The notes under the pieces: model-generated | The model's database searches: none | What the model was told of the DNA's origin: nothing | Seen by the model: the letters and a program-made list of their open reading frames with translations, nothing else | Made by a program: the position numbers and the translations under genes | IMG/VR virus record: IMGVR_UViG_3300017605_000087 | Span: 23,173-87,172 of that record | Length of the DNA: 64,000 bases | Source: a virus | Strand: one strand, 5' to 3' | Part shown: positions 1-9,406 of the stretch, piece after piece | Position numbering within the stretch: the first letter of the stretch is position 1 | Layout: every line of letters starts with the position of its first letter

Positions 1-3000
1 TTAGTTTTTACATTCATGTAAACACTATCAGTTCTATGCTCATTAAATGGTGCAGTAATTACTGCTAATTGCATTACATTACCATATTGACTAAATGTTA
101 CATCTACATTAGGATTACTATTAGCTTTATTAATATAATCTAATAAATAATCTATACTAGATACAAATTTATCTTTAGTTAATCTTTGAGTTATCCATCC
201 TTTTTTATTAGTAATATTTAAAGGTACTTGATTGTAATATTTTCTAATATTACTTTCTTTTTCTAACTCAAATTTAATAGCTTTATCAAGATTATTAGTA
301 GTAATACCTAAATCTTTATATAATTTAGTTAACTGTTTTGATATAATATCAGTATCTAAATTCCCTCCTTCATTAAGATATTTTACTAATGTATTCTTTT
401 CCTTTTCAATTCCGCTTATAACATCTGAAGTATAATATCCATTAGCTATTCTATTTTTTATCTTAGCTACAATATCATCTGCTTCTAATGTTTCATATAA
501 TGATTTTTTATTTCCGTAGTCAGGTTTTACTTCAAACTTATCTCTTAGTTTTTTATATAGTTGTACAACTACTGCTGGTCTTTGTTTATTAAATGAATGA
601 TACCAAGCATTAAGTAATTGTTCATTTTCTCTTACTCTATAAAATATATGATAATATGAAGGGTCTATATTTTCAGCCATAAATTTAATAGCATCTAACA
701 TCTCATACTTGTCATATTTTCCAAGCATGTTATTAGCTATTGTATTATAGGCTACATTAAAACTAATTGTTTCTCCTAATCCAGATAATGTATTAGTAGT
801 TGGTTTATATTTTAATAGTCCTTGTTCATCTACATACGATTGGTTTGCATCAGCTTTAGGTGTTGTAAGTATTAGTAATTTTATTTCAGCTAATACATTA
901 TCTTTAGAAGACATTTCCAATACGGCGGTATCATTCCAATTCTTTTCTAAATATTGTTCAGTAAATTGTTCTATTAACTCAGGACTTATATTGTACTCAT
1001 TAGTTATATACAACTTAGATTTCTCCCATATCTCACTATCATACTTACGTAAATTTTCTACATATCTATTGTATAAATCCGCTTGTTTTTCTCCTAGATT
1101 AGATATAAAATCGTTGTCATTAATTTTATTTCTAAGATGTTTTAATATAGCTATTCTTATTCCATCTATTCCCTTTCCTGAAACATTAGCATCTTCTAAT
1201 GCTTTTACATCTCCTAATGTAGATAAGAATAATCCTCCTGTAACATTTATTAAATGGTTCTCTTCTTCTCCCGTAAATCCTTCAGTTATAAAGAACTCAG
1301 AGGACTCTTGATCTTTCTTACTTTCTTTATCTCCAGTATTTCCTACTTCTTCATATAATTCTCCTTCTTCAGTTATACTATCGAACTCATCTCCAAAAGC
1401 ATCTCCAAGTTTTTTCTGAATATCAGTTTTATTACTGTGTGCTTTTAAATCAGTTATATTATTATTGAATTGTTCATTTAATATATCAGTTAATTCATCA
1501 AGTTTTGAACGTCCTGTTATTTGATTAAAAGTTTCTACAATTAATCTTTTCAATTTAGTCCATAAACTTTCAGGTTGATTATTTTCACCTTTAACTTTAA
1601 TAGAATCTAAGAAAGCACCAAATACGGGTTGAGTTAATCCATAAGTTACTATCTCTTCTACTTTACCTGAATCAACTAATTCTATTACTCTATTAATAAA
1701 AATAATAGCATTTCTTAATTCATTTTGTTGATTATTATTAAGTGCATCAGGTGTTGCATTAAATATATATAATGATAATCCTATTCTTTGTTCTTGTGTA
1801 ATTTTTCTTTTTCCTTTTTCTTCATCAAACTTAATAGTTGCCCAAAAACCTTTTAACTTAGTTTCAAATTGTTTTCTTTGTTCATCATTTTTAAGTCCAT
1901 TAGCTATTACTCCATGTACTAATTCATGGTTAAACGTACCTAACCTATTAGAACTTGACAAACCTCTTATTGCTTGTGTAAAATATACTTTATTTTCTTT
2001 ACGTGTATAAGCTCCTTTTACATTATTTCCTATTTCATCTTTAAAAGTAGGTCTTAATTTTTGTTCAATTTCTATATTTGCTTTTATAGCTTCTTCATAT
2101 AGAAAATTATATTTTTCAATTACTGGTAATAATGTATCAGCACTATCTTTTGTGATTAAACTTTTAGCAAATTTAACCATCTCATTATCTGTTTCTTCTC
2201 CTGCTACTCTTTCTTGTGATAATTCATCAGATGGAGTTTCAAATTCAGGTTTAATATTAATAATTAAAGGGAATCCTACAAAATCTTTACTTCTATTGTT
2301 AGTTAAATCATTTGTAAAATTACTTATTTTATTTCCCTGTCCATCTAATACTTTTCCAATGTTTGTTATAAGTCCACCAGTTTGTATAATATAGTGTTTA
2401 TAACTATCATATTCAATTCCACTTACAGTATCATAATAAGGGCCATCTAGTTTTAACCAGAAATAATCTACGTTTCTTTCCAACCCTGTAAATAATCTAC
2501 TCAAAAGTTTTCTTACTTCATCTTCTCCTTCTTTATTAGAGTTTACAACTTTTCCATCGTAATCAACATTGATACCACCACCTTCTGTAAAGAATATCTT
2601 TACAAGTTTTCCATCATGTTTAAATTGTACTCTATTATCTACTGTTTTTTCTTCCTCACCAAACTTAACTTTCTTTTTAGCTCCAACTAAAATTTTAAAT
2701 CTACCATCATCTTGTGTATCTTCATCAGGATAAGTTTCACTTACAATAGTAATACTTTCTATCTCATGTTTTAATTGAGTTAACTCAGCATTGTCTAATC
2801 TTATTCCTGATTGTTGTAGAATAGGTCTTAGTTGGAATATATAATCAGCTAATTTATCAGACAATTTTTTCTGATATGCTTTAGCTTCTTTTAATGTATC
2901 TGATAATTCTCCTTGCTCTAAACTTGGACTAATAGTTAATCCAATATTAGTTCTTATTAATGGAATACCAATTCTTTGTTCTCCAGATTTTAATACAACA

Positions 3001-6000
3001 TATTCTCTACCAGCGGCAAATTCTTTTCCTTTTAGATTAGTTACCTCAAACTCAGGTATTCCAGTTTTAATTGGAGCTAATGTTGTTTTATCATTTTTTC
3101 TAGTTGTAAATATATCAAAGTCGTAATCATCTTCATTATTACCTATGCTTTCATTTACAGCTTTATATATAAGTTTTCCTTTATCATCTCTTGATGTAAC
3201 AACTGCTCCACTAGTTAAATGTGCAATTTTAGCTTTAACAACTATACTCTTATCGGTTCCAATTACATTTCTTATTCTCCTTAGAGTTGTTAAATCTCTG
3301 TTCATTTTGTCATTCCAATTACCTAAGTTCTCAACAAGTTCTTGTTCATTAGGTACACCAGATTTAAAGAAATTATTACCAAAGAATAGTATATTAACTA
3401 AGTGGTCTAATCTTGTTGAAAAATTCTTTTTGACATCAACTTTAGCTTCACCTTTATTTTTTAATACATCTATTAATTCATCATTTTCTTTTAATCTATT
3501 TAACGCATTTAATCTTTCAACTCCTGTTAATGTTCTATATTCTAATATATCATTATATAAAGGATTAACAAAATCGGATATTGAATTGAATCTTTTAATA
3601 CGTTCTACTAGAGCTTCTTCACTTTCTAAATATTTAGAAGCGTTAGCATACGATATAGTATAGTTTATCCCAGGAACATTAATCATTAATGGAACATTGT
3701 TTGCATCATCAGCAAATTTGTTATATAATGGATTAGATTGATCTATTGATATAGATACTTCTGTTCCTACTTTTAATTTATTAAGAATATAATCTATAAC
3801 TCTAGCTCTTTCTTCATCATCAATAATTATATTTCCATCTACTCTTTTCTTATTAATTGGGTCTTTAATAGATTTCTTTTTAGTAGGATCATTTTTATAC
3901 ACAAAAGGAGATGTAAATACATTTAATAATCCTTTACCTCCTTGTTGTCTTATAGATTCACTAATAAAATCCGTATCAAATTGTATATTATCAGTTTCAT
4001 TATTTAACTCATCAAATAAAGATGTTCCGCCCAGTTCTTTTTGCTTTGCTTCCAGATAATTCTGGAAGTTTAAAAATTCATCTTTATCTAATCCTAATTC
4101 TATTATATCATTTTTTATAGTAGCTAGTTCTGTTTCAATAAATTTTAATGTTCCTTCTACATTATTAGCTGCTATTAATTGGTCTATTTTATCTTTCTTT
4201 AAATTTTCACTCATGCCAAATTCTTTAACATTGAATTTACCATCAGTATAATCTGTTTCGTCTGTCGTACTTTCATCAGCAACTTCTTTCTCTATCTCTC
4301 CAGTATCTTGAATTATTTTATTAATAGTTCCAGTTTTACCAGTAAATATTGCTGTTTCTCTTTCACTTAAAGGTTGTTTCTTAATTATTTTGTTAGCTAT
4401 CGAATTTAAGATTGATTCATCAGCTATATTATTATCAATATAATCTTTGAATTGTTCATCAGTGATAGGTTCAGTAGGTTTACTTCTTTCTATTTGTTCT
4501 TTCTGTACATTTAAACCTCTTTTCTTTTTCTGTATATCAATATCAGATTTAGATACTTTAAATCCTAAAGCATCTACTTCTTTTTGTAATTCGTCTAATT
4601 GAGTATTATAATCTCCTTCAACAGTAATAGCAGCTAATTTATCTTTAAGAACTTGTAATTGTTCTTTGTTAGCTTCTATAAATGCTTGTTTTAATTCTGT
4701 TTCTACTTTCTTAACTTCTTTAGGAGAAGTATCAACAGCTACTTTTTCTACTAGATACTCACTTGCTCCATCATAATAGATTTTATCTAGTGTATGTCCT
4801 ACTATATCAGGATTCAATCCTTTTAATAAAAGATCATTTATACTAGCTTTATCTAATATATCTGCTAGTTCATTAGCTCTCTTAGTATAAGATTCTATTA
4901 CACCATTTAATATTTTCTTTGTAGTAGGATTTTGATTAGATAATTCTTCTGTCATTAAATTAATAGATGTAGTAAGGGCATGTAGTTCTAGTATTCCATC
5001 TACATTTACTCCATCTTGTATTAATTTATTATAATGAATATCTTCTGCTTTTAATTTAGCAAGTTTTCCAGCTATTACATTAGATTTACTTTTAATAGTT
5101 TTTGAAGCAACATCATCTTTAATAGCTGAATTTAATATAACTTGTTTAATAGCTTGATTAACAGGAGTTGTAAATAATCTATTAGCATATTTATTATAGG
5201 CTGATTCTACATCTTTCCCTATTTCAAAAGCACGTTTAGAAAATATTACTGCTTCCTCTGGACTTAATTTATACTCATTCTCTAATTGTTTAATAAATTC
5301 AGGATGTGCAAAGTATTGTTTTAATAAATCTGAGTTACCATATTGAGCAGCATTAATCCACATATCAGTTAATGCTTTTTCTTTAATATCAGTGATTAAT
5401 TCATTTTTAGTTTTTTCAATTGTTGCTTCATCTCCTGTAATTTCTTCTCCAGTATAAGGATTAACTCCATTTTTTATTTGATTTAATAAACCAAATGCGC
5501 CCTGTAATTTAACAGTACGGCTTTTAATCTCTGTTATTCTTTCTCTATCAAAAGCATTTCTATCAACACCTTTGAATTTATCCATAGCCCATCCAGTAGC
5601 TCCAGCTACTTTAGTAAATACTGCTCCTCCTCCAACTCCCCAAAATGCTGCTTCCCAAGCGTGTGGGTCAGATATATATTTTTCTAATCTACTTCCAAAT
5701 GATGGGTCGTATGCTTTTTTTAATAGATATTTACCATAATTATTTCCTTCTTTATTTCCAGCATAGTTTATAAATTCTTCTGCTCCTTCACTTAATTCAA
5801 ATTTAAAACTACTTCTCATATCTTTGAAATATAGTCCAAGTTTACTAGGTAAACTTTTTTCAACTACATCTCCAAGTATTTCTTTTTGAGCTAAATTTAC
5901 TGTTGTTTTTTCTCCTAATCCACCAATTAGTTTATTTCTTCCTGCTTTAATTATACTTCCAGGTTTGAATCCAAATAATAAACGAGATTGTAAAACATCA

Positions 6001-6962
6001 AATACAATATTTACCGAATTAATATCATAACTTCTCCAAGCAGCTTTACTTCCAATACTATCAGCAAGTTGTTGTTTACTCATCAATTTTTCGTCCTCAT
6101 CTAATCCAGCATTGTTTTGTTTCCATGTTTCAAAATCACCATCACTCATTGGATTAAATAATTCCAATGCTTCATTTCTAGTTTCTAATAAAGTTTGATT
6201 AGCTTCTCTAAAGTTTTCAGCATGTCGCATACCAACTGCTGTACTAAATATATTAGTCCAATATTTTCCTTTTTCTCCTAACATTGGAATTTTAGCTCCA
6301 AGTTTGGTTAGCATAGTTCCTTTACCAGCAACATTTGCTAACTTAGATATTTTATTTACATATCCTAAAAATTTTCCAGTATATCCTACTGCTTTAGCAG
6401 TTCCTAATCCAGGTATCAATAAAGATAACGAACTTGCAACACTAACTCCATTATCAGCCCACCACGCATAATCTCTTACATCAAATGCTTTGTTAGGATT
6501 TTCTCTATATATAGGCATTTGTTCTTTACTCCATTCAGTAATATTGTTTCCAATATCTGTTAAAGCATTACTAAATTCATGTGGGTTTCCAGTATTTCTT
6601 TCAATTATTGCTTCTGGTATATCTAAAATAGCTCCGACTCCTGCAATAGTTTGTCCTACAATTTCTCCTAGAACAGCTTGTCCTAACATATTACCAGTTT
6701 GTGATAACCAAGATTGATTTTTAGCTTTTAAATAATCATCTAATGTTCCTAATCCAGCGGTATTTTTATCTAATGATAAATAAGGATGCTCTCCAAATAT
6801 AGGAGCATTTGCTAGTTTAGAAAATTGTTGGTAATCGGAAGGCTGCAAATTTCCAGCTAATGTAGAAATCCCTGACGGTTTATCAGTTAAGTTTTTTGCA
6901 GCATCTAAATTGATACCATTAGAACCTTTATTTGGTTCATTGGAACTTGGTAATATAATCAT
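1..6962 (-). CDS. Giant virion cargo/ejection protein (>2320 aa, 3' end beyond window) with zincin metalloprotease domain; may contain or accompany the virion RNA polymerase
   Basis: ATG at 6962 (MIILPSSNEPNKG...). Frame spot-checked at the start, at 1914-1928 (GTFNHELVHGVIA, HExxH, followed by KVEEIVTYGL) and at the left edge (still open). Gly-rich hydrophobic N-terminal segments. Position after two cargo genes matches crAss-like synteny. Absent from the track, probably because no stop lies in the window. Confidence 0.8.
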   Translation of the reverse strand, partial: MIILPSSNEPNKGSNGINLDAAKNLTDKPSGISTLAGNLQPSDYQQFSKLANAPIFGEHPYLSLDKNTAGLGTLDDYLKAKNQSWLSQTGNMLGQAVLGEIVGQTIAGVGAILDIPEAIIERNTGNPHEFSNALTDIGNNITEWSKEQMPIYRENPNKAFDVRDYAWWADNGVSVASSLSLLIPGLGTAKAVGYTGKFLGYVNKISKLANVAGKGTMLTKLGAKIPMLGEKGKYWTNIFSTAVGMRHAENFREANQTLLETRNEALELFNPMSDGDFETWKQNNAGLDEDEKLMSKQQLADSIGSKAAWRSYDINSVNIVFDVLQSRLLFGFKPGSIIKAGRNKLIGGLGEKTTVNLAQKEILGDVVEKSLPSKLGLYFKDMRSSFKFELSEGAEEFINYAGNKEGNNYGKYLLKKAYDPSFGSRLEKYISDPHAWEAAFWGVGGGAVFTKVAGATGWAMDKFKGVDRNAFDRERITEIKSRTVKLQGAFGLLNQIKNGVNPYTGEEITGDEATIEKTKNELITDIKEKALTDMWINAAQYGNSDLLKQYFAHPEFIKQLENEYKLSPEEAVIFSKRAFEIGKDVESAYNKYANRLFTTPVNQAIKQVILNSAIKDDVASKTIKSKSNVIAGKLAKLKAEDIHYNKLIQDGVNVDGILELHALTTSINLMTEELSNQNPTTKKILNGVIESYTKRANELADILDKASINDLLLKGLNPDIVGHTLDKIYYDGASEYLVEKVAVDTSPKEVKKVETELKQAFIEANKEQLQVLKDKLAAITVEGDYNTQLDELQKEVDALGFKVSKSDIDIQKKKRGLNVQKEQIERSKPTEPITDEQFKDYIDNNIADESILNSIANKIIKKQPLSERETAIFTGKTGTINKIIQDTGEIEKEVADESTTDETDYTDGKFNVKEFGMSENLKKDKIDQLIAANNVEGTLKFIETELATIKNDIIELGLDKDEFLNFQNYLEAKQKELGGTSLFDELNNETDNIQFDTDFISESIRQQGGKGLLNVFTSPFVYKNDPTKKKSIKDPINKKRVDGNIIIDDEERARVIDYILNKLKVGTEVSISIDQSNPLYNKFADDANNVPLMINVPGINYTISYANASKYLESEEALVERIKRFNSISDFVNPLYNDILEYRTLTGVERLNALNRLKENDELIDVLKNKGEAKVDVKKNFSTRLDHLVNILFFGNNFFKSGVPNEQELVENLGNWNDKMNRDLTTLRRIRNVIGTDKSIVVKAKIAHLTSGAVVTSRDDKGKLIYKAVNESIGNNEDDYDFDIFTTRKNDKTTLAPIKTGIPEFEVTNLKGKEFAAGREYVVLKSGEQRIGIPLIRTNIGLTISPSLEQGELSDTLKEAKAYQKKLSDKLADYIFQLRPILQQSGIRLDNAELTQLKHEIESITIVSETYPDEDTQDDGRFKILVGAKKKVKFGEEEKTVDNRVQFKHDGKLVKIFFTEGGGINVDYDGKVVNSNKEGEDEVRKLLSRLFTGLERNVDYFWLKLDGPYYDTVSGIEYDSYKHYIIQTGGLITNIGKVLDGQGNKISNFTNDLTNNRSKDFVGFPLIINIKPEFETPSDELSQERVAGEETDNEMVKFAKSLITKDSADTLLPVIEKYNFLYEEAIKANIEIEQKLRPTFKDEIGNNVKGAYTRKENKVYFTQAIRGLSSSNRLGTFNHELVHGVIANGLKNDEQRKQFETKLKGFWATIKFDEEKGKRKITQEQRIGLSLYIFNATPDALNNNQQNELRNAIIFINRVIELVDSGKVEEIVTYGLTQPVFGAFLDSIKVKGENNQPESLWTKLKRLIVETFNQITGRSKLDELTDILNEQFNNNITDLKAHSNKTDIQKKLGDAFGDEFDSITEEGELYEEVGNTGDKESKKDQESSEFFITEGFTGEEENHLINVTGGLFLSTLGDVKALEDANVSGKGIDGIRIAILKHLRNKINDNDFISNLGEKQADLYNRYVENLRKYDSEIWEKSKLYITNEYNISPELIEQFTEQYLEKNWNDTAVLEMSSKDNVLAEIKLLILTTPKADANQSYVDEQGLLKYKPTTNTLSGLGETISFNVAYNTIANNMLGKYDKYEMLDAIKFMAENIDPSYYHIFYRVRENEQLLNAWYHSFNKQRPAVVVQLYKKLRDKFEVKPDYGNKKSLYETLEADDIVAKIKNRIANGYYTSDVISGIEKEKNTLVKYLNEGGNLDTDIISKQLTKLYKDLGITTNNLDKAIKFELEKESNIRKYYNQVPLNITNKKGWITQRLTKDKFVSSIDYLLDYINKANSNPNVDVTFSQYGNVMQLAVITAPFNEHRTDSVYMNVKT

Positions 6963-6974
6963 AAATACTATTAA

Positions 6975-9404
6975 TTAAAATCCTATTGTTGTGTTACCTG
7001 AATATCTTACTCTCGGTTGACTATATACATTATATTGTCCACCTTGCTTAATAGTATTATAATTATTAGTGTTGGTTAAATTATTATTTACCCCACTATT
7101 TGTTTGATCTGTATTGTATTGCATGGTAGGAAGTTGTACACCTAATGTTCCACCTGCATTTGACATAACATTGTACATATCTATGCTGAACTTAGTTCCC
7201 ATTTCCCTCATTGCATTATCTGTCTGTTCTAATAATCCTAAGTATTGATCTCTTAATCCAGCATCTTGTGGATTGTTTACCCATGCTGTATGAGCTTGGT
7301 CTAACTGATTAGCTAGATAATCTAATACTTCACTATTTCTCATATTTACAGTTTGTCCATCTTTTACTACTGGTGTACTTACATTACCAATAGAATTTCT
7401 GGTTGTTTCCATTTCTTTTAAAATGGAAGTATGCCCTGTAATTATTGCATCATTTTGTAGGACATTATATACTTGTTTAGTATCTAGTCCATGTAGTTTT
7501 GTATCTCCTGCTGCTGTATTTACTTTTACAATATCAGTAACAGTAGGTGTATATTCTTTATATAAGTTTAATTCAACTGATTCAATTCCTGTTGGTTTTC
7601 CTTCTTTATCTAATCCTTTAACATTCTCACCAAATCTAAATATTTCTTGCCCAGTCATTTCATTAAAGGCTTTCATTTTATCTTTATCCCATCCAGCCTT
7701 CTTCATTTCATCATAAGTATATGTTGCATTATAATCCATTACAAACTTTCCATCTATTCCTTTATAAGCTCCTTGTATTCTACCTGTTCCAGTAGTTAAC
7801 TTATCCATAGTAGTAACGAAATTAGTCAATAAATTCTTTTGACTATCAGTTAACTTTGACTCCTTAAATGTTTTATATGTACTTCCTAATTGATTAGCAT
7901 CAACTCCATATTGTTTTGCTACTTTATCTATTTGTTCTTTAATCTCAGATTCAGTTGAATATTTATCAGGATATTGCCATGTATTACCATAAGTTAAATT
8001 AGTTCCAGTAATTACTGCTTTCTTTTCACTTAGTATATCTTTTAAAGCATTAATAGCGGGAAGATATTTTAAATCATCCTGTTTAATACCCATTTGTCCT
8101 AATAAACTATTATCTCCTAATTTAGCATACATTCCTGCTCCGTTAAGAGTTCCTTCATCACCAAGTAATGCTTTAGTCCATACTTCTTGATTTAATTGAG
8201 TATATGTTCCTGGTTCTATTGCAACTAAGTCCATATAAGGATTAGTATTATCTAATTCTTTCATACTCATTTCAAAACTTTGTTCCATCTTTAATTTAGA
8301 CATCCAATCTTGATATAAGTCAACCTTTTCTTTAGTATAATCCAACCATCTGGCTGCTGGATTAACTGCTTGTTTCATGTGTTCTTGGTCCCACATGTTA
8401 TTATATATACTTGTTAAAGCATCTTGATTTATATTTCCATTCTTATCAAATATGAAATCATTCATATAAGGGTCAGACACAAATACTTGTTTATTAGTTT
8501 TACTATTTAATTGATAGTTTCCTAATTTACCATCTTTAACAACTAATCCAAATCTGTCTGCAAATTGTTGTACATTAGGTTGTGTAAATACTAAATCACC
8601 ATTTGCATCTATTACTCCAAAATTTGCAAAATCATCTACTGATTTTTCCCATCTCATTCTATCTTGAAACTGAGGATTTTGTGCTATATATTGCATAGCC
8701 ATTTCATTAGCATCGTCTTCACTTATTTGTTCTGTTGTTCCAAATTTTAAATATCCACTTCCAGCTCTTGTTAATCCTATTGTTTGTAATGTATCAGCAT
8801 TTGCATCTTTAAGAAAATCTCTAGTAACCTTAGCCCAATCTTGTGCATCAGGTACGTGCATACTACTCCACATATTACTATACTTCCCTGTTACTGGGTC
8901 ATATTGTAATTGTTTATTATTCTTTAATGAGAACATTGTTTTCCAATTGTTCACATCTATTTCAGTTACTTTACCATCTTTCCTTCTAGTTTCTAAATCT
9001 CCTAAATCTTTATCATACATTGCTTTATCTTGTAAAGCTCCTTGTACCATTTTATCATTTGCAAAATCATAACTAGCTTGTTGTACTAACCAACTAGCAT
9101 CTTCCCATCTTCCACTTTCTCTAATTCCTTTTAATTTACCTTTTGCATTATCTAATGCACCACGTATAATAGGATTATTAACATCTCTAGTTGAGAGGTT
9201 ATTAATCATTGTTTCTAATTTGTCTTGTGCTAATCTTGTAGTTTTATATGTATCATCTAACTTCATGGCCGTCATATACATTTCCTGTATAGGCGCACCA
9301 GCATATTGTGGTACATAGTTGGCATAAGAATTATTGACTACATAAGGACTAGCCCCTTCATCAATATAAGTTTCTCCTCCAACGGGATACTTTTTAATCA
9401 ACAT
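6975..9404 (-). CDS. Virion cargo/internal protein (809 aa)
   Basis: Long ORF between C1-like cargo and giant cargo gene; starts KYPVGG; helical, Q/N-rich; crAss-like synteny. Confidence 0.65.
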   Translation of the reverse strand: MLIKKYPVGGETYIDEGASPYVVNNSYANYVPQYAGAPIQEMYMTAMKLDDTYKTTRLAQDKLETMINNLSTRDVNNPIIRGALDNAKGKLKGIRESGRWEDASWLVQQASYDFANDKMVQGALQDKAMYDKDLGDLETRRKDGKVTEIDVNNWKTMFSLKNNKQLQYDPVTGKYSNMWSSMHVPDAQDWAKVTRDFLKDANADTLQTIGLTRAGSGYLKFGTTEQISEDDANEMAMQYIAQNPQFQDRMRWEKSVDDFANFGVIDANGDLVFTQPNVQQFADRFGLVVKDGKLGNYQLNSKTNKQVFVSDPYMNDFIFDKNGNINQDALTSIYNNMWDQEHMKQAVNPAARWLDYTKEKVDLYQDWMSKLKMEQSFEMSMKELDNTNPYMDLVAIEPGTYTQLNQEVWTKALLGDEGTLNGAGMYAKLGDNSLLGQMGIKQDDLKYLPAINALKDILSEKKAVITGTNLTYGNTWQYPDKYSTESEIKEQIDKVAKQYGVDANQLGSTYKTFKESKLTDSQKNLLTNFVTTMDKLTTGTGRIQGAYKGIDGKFVMDYNATYTYDEMKKAGWDKDKMKAFNEMTGQEIFRFGENVKGLDKEGKPTGIESVELNLYKEYTPTVTDIVKVNTAAGDTKLHGLDTKQVYNVLQNDAIITGHTSILKEMETTRNSIGNVSTPVVKDGQTVNMRNSEVLDYLANQLDQAHTAWVNNPQDAGLRDQYLGLLEQTDNAMREMGTKFSIDMYNVMSNAGGTLGVQLPTMQYNTDQTNSGVNNNLTNTNNYNTIKQGGQYNVYSQPRVRYSGNTTIGF

Positions 9405-9406
9405 GT

